A stretch of DNA of 64,000 nucleotides, from assembly GCF_009914755.1 (NCBI RefSeq), contig NC_060925.1. The stretch is one strand, 5' to 3'. The translations under genes and the position numbers were made by a program. Every line of letters starts with the position of its first letter. The first letter of the stretch is position 1. The notes under the pieces are model-generated. The model did no database searches and had not been told where the DNA came from. It saw only the letters and a list, made by a program, of their open reading frames with translations. The stretch is from the human T2T-CHM13v2.0 reference genome, Homo sapiens. Shown piece after piece: positions 13,401-29,517 of the stretch.

Positions 13401-16400
13401 ATGGAATAATCCATGGACTCGAATGCAATCATCATCGAATGGAATCGAATGGAATCATCGAATGGACTCGAATGGAATAATCATTGAACGGAATCGAATG
13501 GAATCATCATCGGATGGAAATGAATGGAATCATCATCGAATGGAATCGAATAGAATTATGGAATGAAATCCAGAGTGATCATCATCGAATGGACCCGAAT
13601 GGAATCATCATCCAACGGAAGCTAATGGAATCAACATCGAATGAATCGAATGGAAACACCATCGAATTGAAACGAATGGAATTATCATGAAATTGAAATG
13701 GATGGACTCATCATCGAATGGATTCGAATGGAATCATCGAATAAAATTGATTGAAATCATCATCGAATGGAATCGAATGGTATCATTGAATGGAATCGAA
13801 TGGAATCATCATCAGATGGAAATGAATGGAATCGTCAGAGAATGGAATCGAATGGTTTCATTGAATGGAATCAGATGGAATCATCGAATGGACTGGAATG
13901 GAATCATTGAATGGACTCGAAAGGGATCATGATTGAATGGAATTGAATGGAATCATCGAATGGTCTCGATTGGAATCATTATCAAATGGAATCGAATGGA
14001 ATCACCGAATAGAATCGAATGGAACAATCATCGAATGGACTCAAATGGAATTATCCTCAAATGGAATCGAATGGAATTATCGAATGCAATCGAATGGAAT
14101 TATCGAATGCAATCGAATAGAATCATCGAATGGACTCGAATGGAATCATCGAATGGAATGGAATGGAACAGTCAATGAACGCGAATGGAATCATCATTGA
14201 ATGGAATCGAATGGAATCATCGAGTGGAATCGAATGGAATTATGATCAAATGGAATCGAATGTAATCATCATCAAATGGAATCAAAAATAACCATCATCA
14301 ATTGGTATTGAATGGAATTGTCATCAAATGGAATTCAAAGGAATCATCATCAAATGGAACCGAATGGAATCCTCATTGAATGGAAATGAAAGGGGTCATC
14401 ATCTAATGGAATCGCATGGAATCATCATCAAATGGAATCGAATGGAATCATCATCAAATGGAATCTAATGGAATCATTGAACAGAATTGAATGGAATCGT
14501 CATCGAATGAATTGAATGCAATCATCGAATGGTCTCGAATGGAATCATCTTCTAATGGAAAGGAATGGAATCATCGCATAGAATCGAATGGAATTATCAT
14601 CGAATGGAATCGAATGGTATCAACACCAAACGGAAAAAAACGGAATTATCGAATGGAATCGAAGAGAATCTTCGAACGGACCCGAATGGAATCATCTAAT
14701 GGAATGGAATGGAATAATCCATGGACTCGAATGCAATCATCATCGAATGGAATCGAATGGAATCATCGAATGGACTCGAATGGAATAATCATTGAACGGA
14801 ATCGAATGGAATCATCATCGGATGGAAACGAATGGAATCATCATCGAATGGAAATGAAAGGAGTCATCATCTAATGGAATTGCATGGAATCATCATAAAA
14901 TGGAATCGAATGGAATCAACATCAAATGGAATCAAATGGAATCATTGAACGGAATTGAATGGAAGCGTCATCGAATGAATTGACTGCAATCATCGAATGG
15001 TCTCGAATGGAATCATCCTCAAATGGAATGGAACGGAATCATCGCATAGAATCGAATGGAATTATCATCGAATGGAATCGAATGGAATCAACATCCAACG
15101 GAAAAAAACGGAATTATCGAATGGAATCGAAGAGAATCATCGAATGGACCCGAATGGAATCATCTAATGGAATGGAATGGAATAATCCATGGACTCGAAT
15201 GCAATCATCATCGAATGGAATCGAATGGAATTATCGAATGGACTCGAATGGAATAATCATTGAACAGAATCGAATGGAATCATCATCGGATGGAAATGAA
15301 TGGAATCATCATCGAATGGAATCGAATAGAATTATGGAATGAAATCCAGTGTGATCATCATCGAATGGACCCGAATGGAATCATCATCCAACGGAAGCTA
15401 ATGGAATCAACATCGAATGAATCGAATGGAAACACCATCGAATTGAAACGAATGGAATTATCATGAAATTGAAATGGATGGACTCATCATCGAATGGATT
15501 CGAATGGAATCATCGAATAAAATTGATTGAAATCATCATCCAATGGAATCGAATGGTATCATTGAATGGAATCGAATGGAATCATCATCAGATGGAAATG
15601 AATGGAATCGTCATAGAATGGAATCCAATGGATTCATTGAATGGAATCAGATGGAATCATCGAATGGACTGGAATGGAATCATTGAATGGACTCGAAAGG
15701 GATCATGATTGAATGGAATTGAATGGAATCATCGAATGGTCTCGATTGGAATCATTATCAAATGGAATCGAATGGAATCACCGAATAGAATCGAATGGAA
15801 CAATCATCGAATGGACTCAAATGGAATTATCCTCCAATGGAATCGAATGGAATTATCGAATGCAATCGAATGGAATTATCGAATGCAATCGAATAGAATC
15901 ATCGAATGGACTCGAATGGAATCATTGAATGGAATGGAATGGAACAGTCAATGAACTCGAATGGAATCATCATTGAATGGAATCGAATGGAATCATCGAG
16001 TGGAATCGAATGGAATTATGATCAAATGGAATCGAATGTAATCATCATCAAATGGAATCAAAAATAACCATCATCAATTGGTATTGAATGGAATTGTCAT
16101 CAAATGGAATTCAAAGGAATCATCATCAAATGGAACCGAATGGAATCCTCATTGAATGGAAATGAGAGGGGTCATCATCTAATGGAATCGCATGGAATCA
16201 TCATCAAATGGAATCGAATGGAATCATCATCAAATGGAATCTGATGGAATCATTGAACAGAATTGAATGGAATCGTCATCGAATGAATTGAATGCAATCA
16301 TCGAATGGTCTCGAATGGAATCATCTTCTAATGGAAAGGAATGGAATCATCGCATAGAATCGAATGGAATTATCATCGAATGGAATCGAATGGTATCAAC

Positions 16401-19400
16401 ACCAAACGGAAAAAAACGGAATTATCGAATGGAATCGAAGAGAATCTTCGAACGGATCCGAATGGAATCATCTAATGGAATGGAATGGAATAATCCATGG
16501 ACTCGAATGCAATCATCATCGAATGGAATCGAATGGAATCATCGAATGGACTCGAATGGAATAATCATTGAACGGAATCGAATGGAATCATTATCAGATG
16601 GAAACGAATGGAATCATCATCGAATGGAAATGAAAGGAGTCATCATCTAATGGAATTGCATGGAATCATCATAAAATGGAATCGAATGGAATCAACATCA
16701 AATGGAATCAAATGGAATCATTGAACGGAATTGAATGGAATCGTCATCGAATAAATTGACTGCAATCATCGAATGGTCTCGAATGGAATCATCTTCAAAT
16801 GGAATGGAATGGAATCATCGCATAGAATCGAATGGAATCATCATCGAATGGAATCGAATGGAATCAACATCAAACGGAAAAAAACGGAATTATCGTATGG
16901 AATCGAAGAGAATCATCGAATGGACCCGAATGGAATCATCTAATGGAATGGAATGGAATAATCCATGGACTCGAATGCAATCATCATCGAATGGAATCGA
17001 ATGGAATCATCGAATGGACTCGAATGGAATAATCATTGAACGGAATCGAATGGAATCATCATCGGATGGAAATGAATGGAATCATCATCGAATGGAATCG
17101 AATAGAATTATGGAATGAAATCCAGTGTGATCATCATCGAATGGACCCGAATGGAATCATCATCCAATGGAAGCTAATGGAATCAACATCGAATGAATCG
17201 AATGGAAACACCATCGAATTGAAACGAATGGAATTATCATGAAATTGAAATGGATGGACTCATCATCGAATGGATTCGAATGGAATCATCGAATAAAATT
17301 GATTGAAATCATCATCGAATGGAATCGAATGGTATCATTGAATGGAATCGAATGGAATCATCATCAGATGGAAATGAATGGAATCGTCATAGAATGGAAT
17401 CGAATGGATTCATTGAATGGAATCAGATGGAATCATCGAATGGACTGGAATGGAATCATTGAATGGACTCGAAAGGGATCATGATTGAATGGAATTGAAT
17501 GGAATCATCGAATGGTCTCGATTGGAATCATTATCAAATGGAATCGAATGGAATCACCGAATAGAATCGAATGGAACAATCATCGAATGGACTCAAATGG
17601 AATTATCCTCAAATGGAATCGAATGGAATTATCGAATGCAATCGAATGGAATTATCGAATGCAATCGAATAGAATCATCGAATGGACTCGAATGGAATCA
17701 TCGAATGGAATGGAATGGAACAGTCAATGAACTCGAATGGAATCATCATTGAATGGAATCGAATGGAATCATCGAGTGGAATCGAATGGAATTATGATCA
17801 AATGGAATCGAATGTAATCATCATGAAATGGAATCAAAAATAACCATCATCAATTGGTATTGAATGGAATTGTCATCAAATGGAATTCAAAGGAATCATC
17901 ATCAAATGGAACCGAATGGAATCCTCATTGAATGGAAATGAAAGGGGTCATCATCTAATGGAATCGCATGGAATCATCATCAAATGGAATCAAATGGAAT
18001 CATCATCAAATGGAATCTAATGGAATCATTGAACAGAATTGAATGGAATCGTCATCGAATGAATTGAATGCAATCATCGAATGGTCTCGAATGGAATCAT
18101 CTTCTAATGGAAAGCAATGGAATCATCGCATACAATCGAATGGAATTATCATCGAATGGAATCGAATGGTATCAACACCAAACGGAAAAAAACGGAATTA
18201 TCGAATGGAATCAAAGAGAATCTTCTAACGGACCCGAATGGAATCATCTAATGGAATGGAATGGAATAATCCATGGACTCGAATGCAATCATCATCGAAT
18301 GGAATCGAATGGAATCATCGAATGGACTCGAATGGAATAATCATTGAACGGAATCGAATGGAATCATTATCAGATGGAAACGAATGGAATCATCTTCGAA
18401 TGGAAATGAAAGGAGTCATCATCTAATGGAATTGCATGGAATCATCATAAAATGGAATCGAACGGAATCAACATCAAATGGAATCAAATGGAATCATTGA
18501 ACGGAATTGAATGGAATCGTCATCGAATGAATTGACTGCAATCATCGAATGGTCTCGAATGGAATCATATTCAAATGGAATGGAATGGAATCATCCCATA
18601 GAATCGAATGGAATTATCATAGAATGGAATCGAATGGAATCAACATCAAACGGAAAAAAACGGAATTATCGAATGGAATCGAAGAGAATCATCGAATGGA
18701 CCCGAATGGAATCATCTAATGGAATGGAATGGAATAATCCATGGACTCGAATGCAATCATCATCGAATGGAATCGAATGGAATCATCAAATGGACTCGAA
18801 TGGAATAATCATTGAACGGAATCGAATGGAATCATCATCGGATGGAAATGAATGGAATCATCATCGAATGGAATCGAATAGAATTATGGAATGAAATCCA
18901 GTGTGATCATCATCAAATGGACCCGAATGGAATCATCATCCAACGGAAGCTAATGGAATCAACATCGAATGAATCGAATGGAAACACCATCGAATTGAAA
19001 CGAATGGAATTATCATGAAATTGAAATGGATGGACTCATCATCGAATGGATTCGAATGGAATCATCGAATAAAATTGATTGAAATCATCATCCAATGGAA
19101 TCGAATGGTATCATTGAATGGAATCGAATGGAATCATCATCAGATGGAAATGAATGGAATCGTCATAGAATGGAATCGAATGGATTCATTGAATGGAATC
19201 AGATGGAATCATCGAATGGACTGGAATGGAATCATTGAATGGACTCGAAAGGGATCATTATTGAATGGAATTGAATGGAATCATCGAATGGTCTCGATTG
19301 GAATCATTATCAAATGGAATCGAATGGAATCACCGAATAGAATCGAATGGAACAATCATCGAATGGACTCAAATGGAATTATCCTCCAATGGAATCGAAT

Positions 19401-19818
19401 GGAATTATCGAATGCAATCGAATGGAATTATCGAATGCAATCGAATAGAATCATCGAATGGACTCGAATGGAATCATCGAATGGAATGGAATGGAACAGT
19501 CAATGAACTCGAATGGAATCATCATTGAATGGAATCGAATGGAATCATCGAGTGGAATCGAATGGAATTATGATCAAATGGAATCGAATGTAATCATCAT
19601 CAAATGGAATCAAAAATAACCATCATCAATTGGTATTGAATGGAATTGTCATCAAATGGAATTCAAAGGAATCATCATCAAATGGAACCGAATGGAATCC
19701 TCATTGAATGGAAATGAAAGGGGTCATCATCTAATGGAATCGCATGGAATCATCATCAAATGGAATCGAATGGAATCATCATCAAATGGAATCTAATGGA
19801 ATCATTGAACAGAATTGA
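7435..19818 (+). repeat. Seven near-canonical units (1766, 1772, 1746, 1772, 1776, 1776, 1776 bp)
   Basis: A starts at 7435, 9201, 10973, 12719, 14491, 16267, 18043 and 19819. Length differences are explained by 10-, 4- and 26-bp deletions. Confidence 0.9.
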
Positions 19819-21349
19819 ATGGAATCGTCATCGAATGAATTGAATGCAATCATCGAATGGTCTCGAATGGAATCATCTTCTAATGGAAAGGAATGGAATC
19901 ATCGCATAGAATCGAATGGAATTATCATCGAATGGAATCGAATGGTATCAACACCAAACGGAAAAAAACGGAATTATCGAATGGAATCGAAGAGAATCTT
20001 CGAACGGACCCGAATGGAATCATCTAATGGAATGGAATGGAATAATCCATGGACTCGAATGCAATCATCATCGAATGGAATGGAATGGAATCATCGAATG
20101 GACTCGAATGGAATAATCATTGAACGGAATCGAATGGAATCATCATCGGATGGAAACGAATGGAATCATCATCGAATGGAAATGAAAGGAGTCATCATCT
20201 AATGGAATTGCATGGAATCATCATAAAATGGAATCGAATGGAATCAACATCAAATGGAATCAAATGGAATCATTGAGCGGATTTGAATGGAATCGTCATC
20301 GAATGAATTGACTGCAATCATCGAATGGTCTCGAATGGAATCATCTTCAAATGGAATGGAATGGAATCATCGCATAGAATCGAATGGAATTATCATCAAA
20401 TGGAATCGAATGGAATCAACATCAAACGGAAAAAAACAGAATTATCGTATGGAATCGAAGAGAATCATCGAATGGACCCGAATGGAATCATCTAATGGAA
20501 TGGAATGTTATAATCCATGGACTCGAATGCAATCATCATCGAATGGAATCGAATGGAGTCATCGAATGGACTCGAATGGAATAATCATTGAACGGAATCG
20601 AATGGAATCATCATCGGATGGAAACGAATGGAATCATCATCGAATGGAAATGAAAGGAGTCATCATCTAAAGGAATTGCATGGAATCATCATAAAATGGA
20701 ATCGAATGGAATCAACATCAAATGGAATCAAATGGAATCATTGAACGGAATTGAATGGAATCGTCATCGAATGAATTGACTGCAATCATCGAATGGTCTC
20801 GAATGGAATCATCTTCAAATGGAATGGAATGGAATCATCGCATAGAATCGAATGGAATTATCATCGAATGGAATCGAATGGAATCAACATCAAACGGAAA
20901 AAAACGGAATTATCGAATGGAATCGAAGAGAATCATCGAATGGACCCGAATGGAATCATCTAATGGAATGGAATGGAATAATCCATGGACTCGAATGCAA
21001 TCATCATCGAATGGAATCGAATGGAATCATCGAATGAACTCGAATGGAATCATCATTGAATGGAATCGAATGGAATCATCGAGTGGAATCGAATGGAATT
21101 ATGATCAAATGGAATGGAATGTAATCATCATCAAATGGAATCAAAAATAACCATCATCAATTGGTATTGAATGGAATTGTCATCAAATGGAATTCAAAGG
21201 AATCATCATCAAATGGAACCGAATGGAATCCTCATTGAATGGAAATGAAAGGGGTCATCATCTAATGGAATCGCATGGAATCATCATCAAATGGAATCGA
21301 ATGGAATCATCATCAAATGGAATCTAATGGAATCATTGAACAGAATTGA
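19819..21349 (+). repeat. 1,531-bp unit: extra 468-bp subunit plus 713-bp deletion
   Basis: Subunit starts at 19819, 20287 and 20755; deletion junction at ~21035; next A at 21350. Confidence 0.87.
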
Positions 21350-24300
21350 ATGGAATCGTCATCGAATGAATTGAATGCAATCATCGAATGGTCTCGAATG
21401 GAATCATCTTCTAATGGAAAGGAATGGAATCATCGCATAGAATCGAATGGAATTATCATCGAATGGAATCGAATGGTATCAACACCAAACGGAAAAAAAC
21501 GGAATTATCGAATGGAATCGAAGAGAATCTTCGAACGGACCCGAATGGAATCATCTAATGGAATGGAATGGAATAATCCATGGACTCGAATGCAATCATC
21601 ATCGAATGGAATCGAATGGAATCATCGAATGGACTCGAATGGAATAATCATTGAACGGAATCGAATGGAATCATCATCGGATGGAAACGAATGGAATCAT
21701 CATCGAATGGAAATGAAAGGAGTCATCATCTAATGGAATTGCATGGAATCATCATAAAATGGAATCGAATGGAATCAACATCAAATGGAATCAAATGGAA
21801 TCATTGGACGGAATTGAATGGAATCGTCATCGAATGAATTGAATGCAATCATCGAATGGTCTCGAATGGAATCATCTTCAAATGGAATGGAATGGAATCA
21901 TCGCATAGAATCGAATGGAATTATCATCGAATGGAATCGAATGGAATCAACATCCAACGGAAAAAAACGGAATTATCGAATGGAATCGAAGAGAATCATC
22001 GAATGGACCCGAATGGAATCATCTAATGGAATGGAATGGAATAATCCATGGACTCGAATGCAATCATCATCGAATGGAATCGAATGGAATCATCGAATGG
22101 ACTCGAATGGAATAATCATTGAACGGAATCGAATGGAATCATCATCGGATGGAAATGAATGGAATCATCATCGAATGGAATCGAATAGAATTATGGAATG
22201 AAATCCAGTGTGATCATCATCGAATGGACCCGAATGGAATCATCATCCAACGGAAGCTAATGGAATCAACATCGAATGAATCAAATGGAAACACCATCGA
22301 ATTGAAACGAATGGAATTATCATGAAATTGAAATGGATGGACTCATCATCGAATGGATTCGAATGGAATCATCGAATAAAATTGATTGAAATCATCATCC
22401 AATGGAATCGAATGGTATCATTGAATGGAATCGAATGGAATCATCATCAGATGGAAATGAATGGAATCGTCATAGAATGGAATCGAATGGATTCATTGAA
22501 TGGAATCAGATGGAATCATCGAATGGACTGGAATGGAATCATTGAATGGACTCGAAAGGGATCATTATTGAATGGAATTGAATGGAATCATTGAATGGTC
22601 TCGATTGGAATCATTATCAAATGGAATCGAATGGAATCACCGAATACAATCGAATGGAACAATCATCGAATGGACTCAAATGGAATTATCCTCAAATGGA
22701 ATCGAATGGAATTATCGAATGCAATCGAATGGAATTATCGAATGCAATGGAATAGAATCATCGAATGGACTCGAATGGAATCATCGAATGGAATGGAATG
22801 GTACAGTCAATGAACTCGAATGGAATCATCATTGAATGGAATCGAATGGAATCATCGAGTGGAATCGAATGGAATTATGATCAAATGGAATCGAATGTAA
22901 TCATCATCAAATGGAATCAAAAATAACCATCATCAATTGGTATTGAATGGAATTGTCATCAAATGGAATTCAAAGGAATCATCATCAAATGGAACCGAAT
23001 GGAATCCTCATTGAATGGAAATGAAAGGGGTCATCATCTAATGGAATCGCATGGAATCATCATCAAATGGAATCGAATGGAATCATCATCAAATGGAATC
23101 TAATGGAATCATTGAACAGAATTGAATGGAATCGTCATCGAATGAATTGAATGCAATCATCGAATGGTCTCGAATGGAATCATCTTCTAATGGAAAGGAA
23201 TGGAATCATCGCATAGAATCGAATGGAATTATCATCGAATGGAATCGAATGGTATCAACACCAAACGGAAAAAAAACGGAATTATCGAATGGAATCGAAG
23301 AGAATCTTCGAACGGACCCGAATGGAATCATCTAATGGAATGGAATGGAATAATCCATGGACTCGAATGCAATCATCATCGAATGGAATCGAATGGAATC
23401 ATCGAATGGACTCGAATGGAATAATCATTGAACGGAATCGAATGGAATCATCATCGGATGGAAACGAATGGAATCATCATCGAATGGAAATGAAAGGAGT
23501 CATCATCTAATGGAATTGCATGGAATCATCATAAAATGGAATCGAATGGAATCAACATCAAATGGAATCAAATGGAATCATTGAACGGAATTGAATGGAA
23601 TCGTCATCGAATGAATTGACTGCAATCATCGAATGGTCTCGAATGGAATCATCTTCAAATGGAATGGAATGGAATCATCGCATAGAATCGAATGGAATTA
23701 TCATCGAATGGAATCGAATGGAATCAACATCCAACGGAAAAAAACGGAATTATCGAATGGAATCGAAGAGAATCATCGAATGGACCCGAATGGAATCATC
23801 TAATGGAATGGAATGGAATAATCCATGGACTCGAATGCAATCATCATCGAATGGAATCGAATGGAATCATCGAATGGACTCGAATGGAATAATCATTGAA
23901 CGGAATCGAATGGAATCATCATCGGATGGAAATGAATGGAATCATCATCGAATGGAATCGAATAGAATTATGGAATGAAATCCAGTGTGATCATCATCGA
24001 ATGGACCCGAATGGAATCATCATCCAACGGAAGCTAATGGAATCAACATCGAATGAATCGAATGGAAACACCATCGAATTGAAACGAATGGAATTATCAT
24101 GAAATTGAAATGGATGGACTCATCATCGAATGGATTCGAATGGAATCATCGAATAAAATTGATTGAAATCATCATCCAATGTAATCGAATGGTATCATTG
24201 AATGGAATCGAATGGAATCATCATCAGATGGAAATGAATGGAATCGTCATAGAATGGAATCGAATGGATTCATTGAATGGAATCAGATGGAATCATCGAA

Positions 24301-27300
24301 TGGACTGGAATGGAATCATTGAATGGACTCGAAAGGGATCATGATTGAATGGAATTGAATGGAATCATCGAATGGTCTCGATTGGAATCATTATCAAATG
24401 GAATCGAATGGAATCACCGAATAGAATCGAATGGAACAATCATCGAATGGACTCAAATGGAATTATCCTCAAATGGAATCGAATGGAATTATCGAATGCA
24501 ATCGAATGGAATTATCGAATGCAATCGAATAGAATCATCGAATGGACTCGAATGGAATCATCGAATGGAATGGAATGGAACAGTCAATGAACTCGAATGG
24601 AATCATCATTGAATGGAATCGAATGGAATCATCGAGTGGAATCGAATGGAATTATGATCAAATGGAATCGAATGTAATCATCATCAAATGGAATCAAAAA
24701 TAACCATCATCAATTGGTATTGAATGGAATTGTCATCAAATGGAATTCAAAGGAATCATCATCAAATGGAACCGAATGGAATCCTCATTGAATGGAAATG
24801 AAAGGGGTCATCATCTAATGGAATCGGATGGAATCATCATCAAATGGAATCGAATGGAATCATCATCAAATGGAATCTAATGGAATCATTGAACAGAATT
24901 GAATGGAATCGTCATCGAATGAATTGAATGCAATCATCGAATGGTCTCGAATGGAATCATCTTCTAATGGAAAGGAATGGAATCATCGCATAGAATCGAA
25001 TGGAATTATCATCGAATGGAATCGAATGGTATCAACACCAAACGGAAAAAAACGGAATTATCGAATGGAATCGTAGAGAATCTTCGAACGGACCCGAATG
25101 GAATCATCTAATGGAATGGAATGGAATAATCCATGGACTCGAATGCAATCATCATCGAATGGAATCGAATGGAATCATCGAATGGACTCGAATGGAATAA
25201 TCATTGAACGGAATCGAATGGAATCATCATCGGATGGAAACGAATGGAATCATCATCGAATGGAAATGAAAGGAGTCATCATCTAATGGAATTGCATGGA
25301 ATCATCATAAAATGGAATCGAATGGAATCAACATCAAATGGAATCAAATGGAATCATTGAACGGAATTGAATGGAATCGTCATCGAATGAATTGACTGCA
25401 ATCATCGAATGGTCTCGAATGGAATCATCTTCAAATGGAATGGAATGGAATCATCGCATAGAATCGAATGGAATTATCATCGAATGGAATCGAATGGAAT
25501 CAACATCCAACGGAAAAAAACGGAATTATCGAATGGAATCGAAGAGAATCATCGAATGGACCCGAATGGAATCATCTAATGGAATGGAATGGAATAATCC
25601 ATGGACTCGAATGCAATCATCATCGAATGGAATCGAATGGAATCATCGAATGGACTCGAATGGAATAATCATTGAACGGAATCGAATGGAATCATCATCG
25701 GATGGAAACGAATGGAATCATCATCGAATGGAATCGAATAGAATTATGGAATGAAATCCAGTGTGATCATCATCGAATGGACCCGAATGGAATCATCATC
25801 CAACGGAAGCTAATGGAATCAACATCGAATGAATCAAATGGAAACACCATCGAATTGAAACGAATGGAATTATCATGAAATTGAAATGGATGGACTCATC
25901 ATCGAATGGATTCGAATGGAATCATCGAATAAAATTGATTGAAATCATCATCGAATGGAATCGAATGGTATCATTGAATGGAATCGAATGGAATCATCAT
26001 CAGATGGAAATGAATGGAATCGTCATAGAATGGAATCGAATGGATTCATTGAATGGAATCAGATGGAATCATCGAATGGACTGGAATGGAATCATTGAAT
26101 GGACTCGAAAGGGATCATTATTGAATGGAATTGAATGGAATCATTGAATGGTCTCGATTGGAATCATTATCAAATGGAATCGAATGGAATCACCGAATAG
26201 AATCGTATAGAACAATCATCGAATGGACTCAAATGGAATTATCCTCCAATGGAATCGAATGGAATTATCGAATGCAATCGAATGGAATTATCGAATGCAA
26301 TCGAATAGAATCATCGAATGGACTCGAATGGAATCATCGAATGGAATGGAATGGAACAGTCAATGAACTCGAATGGAATCATCATTGAATGGAATCGAAT
26401 GGAATCATCGAGTGGAATCGAATGGAATTATGATCAAATGGAATCGAATGTAATCATCATCAAATGGAATCAAAAATAACCATCATCAATTGGTATTGAA
26501 TGGAATTGTCATCAAATGGAATTCAAAGGAATCATCATCAAATGGAACCGAATGGAATCCTCATTGAATGGAAATGAAAGGGGTCATCATCTAATGGAAT
26601 CGCATGGAATCATCATCAAATGGAATCGAATGGAATCATCATCAAATGGAATCTAATGGAATCATTGAACAGAATTGAATGGAATCGTCATCGAATGAAT
26701 TGAATGCAATCATCGAATGGTCTCGAATGGAATCATCTTCTAATGGAAAGGAATGGAATCATCGCATAGAATCGAATGGAATTATCATCGAATGGAATCG
26801 AATGGTATCAACACCAAACGGAAAAAAACGGAATTATCGAATGGAATCGAAGAGAATCTTCGAACGGACCCGAATGGAATCATCTAATGGAATGGAATGG
26901 AATAATCCATGGACTCGAATGCAATCATCATCGAATGGAATGGAATGGAATCATCGAATGGACTCGAATGGAATAATCATTGAACGGAATCGAATGGAAT
27001 CATCATCGGATGGAAACGAATGGAATCATCATCGAATGGAAATGAAAGGAGTCATCATCTAATGGAATTGCATGGAATCATCATAAAATGGAATCGAATG
27101 GAATCAACATCAAATGGAATCAAATGGAATCATTGAACGGAATTGAATGGAATCGTCATCGAATGAATTGACTGCAATCATCGAATGGTCTCGAATGGAA
27201 TCATCTTCAAATGGAATGGAATGGAATCATCGCATAGAATCGAATGGAATTATCATCGAATGGAATCGAATGGAATCAACATCCAACGGAAAAAAACGGA

Positions 27301-28454
27301 ATTATCGAATGGAATCGAAGAGAATCATCGAATGGACCCGAATGGAATCATCTAATGGAATGGAGTGGAATAATCCATGGACTCGAATGCAATCATCATC
27401 GAATGGAATCGAATGGAATCATCGAATGGACTCGAATGGAATAATCATTGAACGGAATCGAATGGAATCATCATCGGATGGAAATGAATGGAATCATCAT
27501 CGAATGGAATCGAATAGAATTATGGAATGAAATCCAGTGTGATCATCATCGAAAGGACCCGAATGGAATCATCATCCAACGGAAGCTAATGGAATCAACA
27601 TCGAATGAATCGAATGGAAACACCATCGAATTGAAACGAATGGAATTATCATGAAATTGAAATGGATGGACTCATCATCGAATGGATTCGAATGGAATCA
27701 TCGAATAAAATTGATTGAAATCATCATCCAATGGAATCGAATGGTATCATTGAATGGAATCGAATGGAATCATCATCAGATGGAAATGAATGGAATCGTC
27801 ATAGAATGGAATCGAATGGATTCATTGAATGGAATCAGATGGAATCATCGAATGGACTGCAATGGAATCATTGAATGGACTCGAAAGGGATCATGATTGA
27901 ATGGAATTGAATGGAATCATCGAATGGTCTCGATTGGAATCATTATCAAATGGAATCGAATGGAATCACCGAATAGAATCGAATGGAACAATCATCGAAT
28001 GGACTCAAATGGAATTATCCTCAAATGGAATCGAATGGAATTATCGAATGCAATCGAATGGAATTATCGAATGCAATCGAATAGAATCATCGAAAGGACT
28101 CGAATGGAATCATCGAATGGAATGGAATGGAACAGTCAATGAACTCGAATGGAATCATCATTGAATGGAATCGAATGGAATCATCGAGTGGAATCGAATG
28201 GAATTATGATCAAATGGAATCAAATGTAATCATCATCAAATGGAATCAAAAATAACCATCATCAATTGGTATTGAATGGAATTGTCATCAAATGGAATTC
28301 AAAGGAATCATCATCAAATGGAACCGAATGGAATCCTCATTGAATGGAAATGAAAGGGGTCATCATCTAATGGAATCGCATGGAATCATCATCAAATGGA
28401 ATCGAATGGAATCATCATCAAATGGAATCTAATGGAATCATTGAACAGAATTGA
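21350..28454 (+). repeat. Four canonical units (1776, 1777, 1776, 1776 bp)
   Basis: A starts at 21350, 23126, 24903, 26679 and 28455. The extra base is an A8 instead of A7 run at ~23269. Confidence 0.9.
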
Positions 28455-29517
28455 ATGGAATCGTCATCGAATGAATTGAATGCAATCATCGAATGGTCTC
28501 GAATGGAATCATCTTCTAATGGAAAGGAATGGAATGATCGCATAGAATCGAATGGAATTATCATCGAATGGAATCGAATGGTATCAACACCAAACGGAAA
28601 AAAACGGAATTATCGAATGGAATCGAAGAGAATCTTCGAACGGACCCGAATGGAATCATCTAATGGAATGGAATGGAATAATCCATGGACTCGAATGCAA
28701 TCATCATCGAATGGAATGGAATGGAATCATCGAATGGACTCGAATGGAATAATAATTGAACGGAATCGAATGGAATCATCATCGGATGGAAACGAATGGA
28801 ATCATCATCGAATGGAAATGAAAGGAGTCATCATCTAATGGAATTGCATGGAATCATCATAAAATGGAATCGAATGGAATCAACATCAAATGGAATCAAA
28901 TGGAATCATTGAACGGAATTGAATGGAATCGTCATCGAATGAATTGACTGCAATCATCGAATGGTCTCGAATGGAATCATCTTCAAATGGAATGGAATGG
29001 AATCATCGCATAGAATCGAATGGAATTATCATCGAATGGAATCGAATGGAATCAACATCAAACGGAAAAAAACGGAATTATCGAATGGAATCGAAGAGAA
29101 TCATCGAATGGACCCGAATGGAATCATCTAATGGAATGGAATGGAATAATCCATGGACTCGAATGCAATCATCATCGAATGGAATCGAATGGAATCATCG
29201 AATGAACTCGAATGGAATCATCATTGAATGGAATCGAATGGAATCATCGAGTGGAATCGAATGGAATTATGATCAAATGGAATCGAATGTAATCATCATC
29301 AAATGGAATCAAAAATAACCATCATCAATTGGTATTGAATGGAATTGTCATCAAATGGAATTCAAAGGAATCATCATCAAATGGAACCGAATGGAATCCT
29401 CATTGAATGGAAATGAAAGGGGTCATCATCTAATGGAATCGCATGGAATCATCATCAAATGGAATCGAATGGAATCATCATCAAATGGAATCTAACGGAA
29501 TCATTGAACAGAATTGA
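28455..29517 (+). repeat. 1,063-bp short unit
   Basis: A at 28455, B at 28923, junction at ~29203, next A at 29518. Confidence 0.9.
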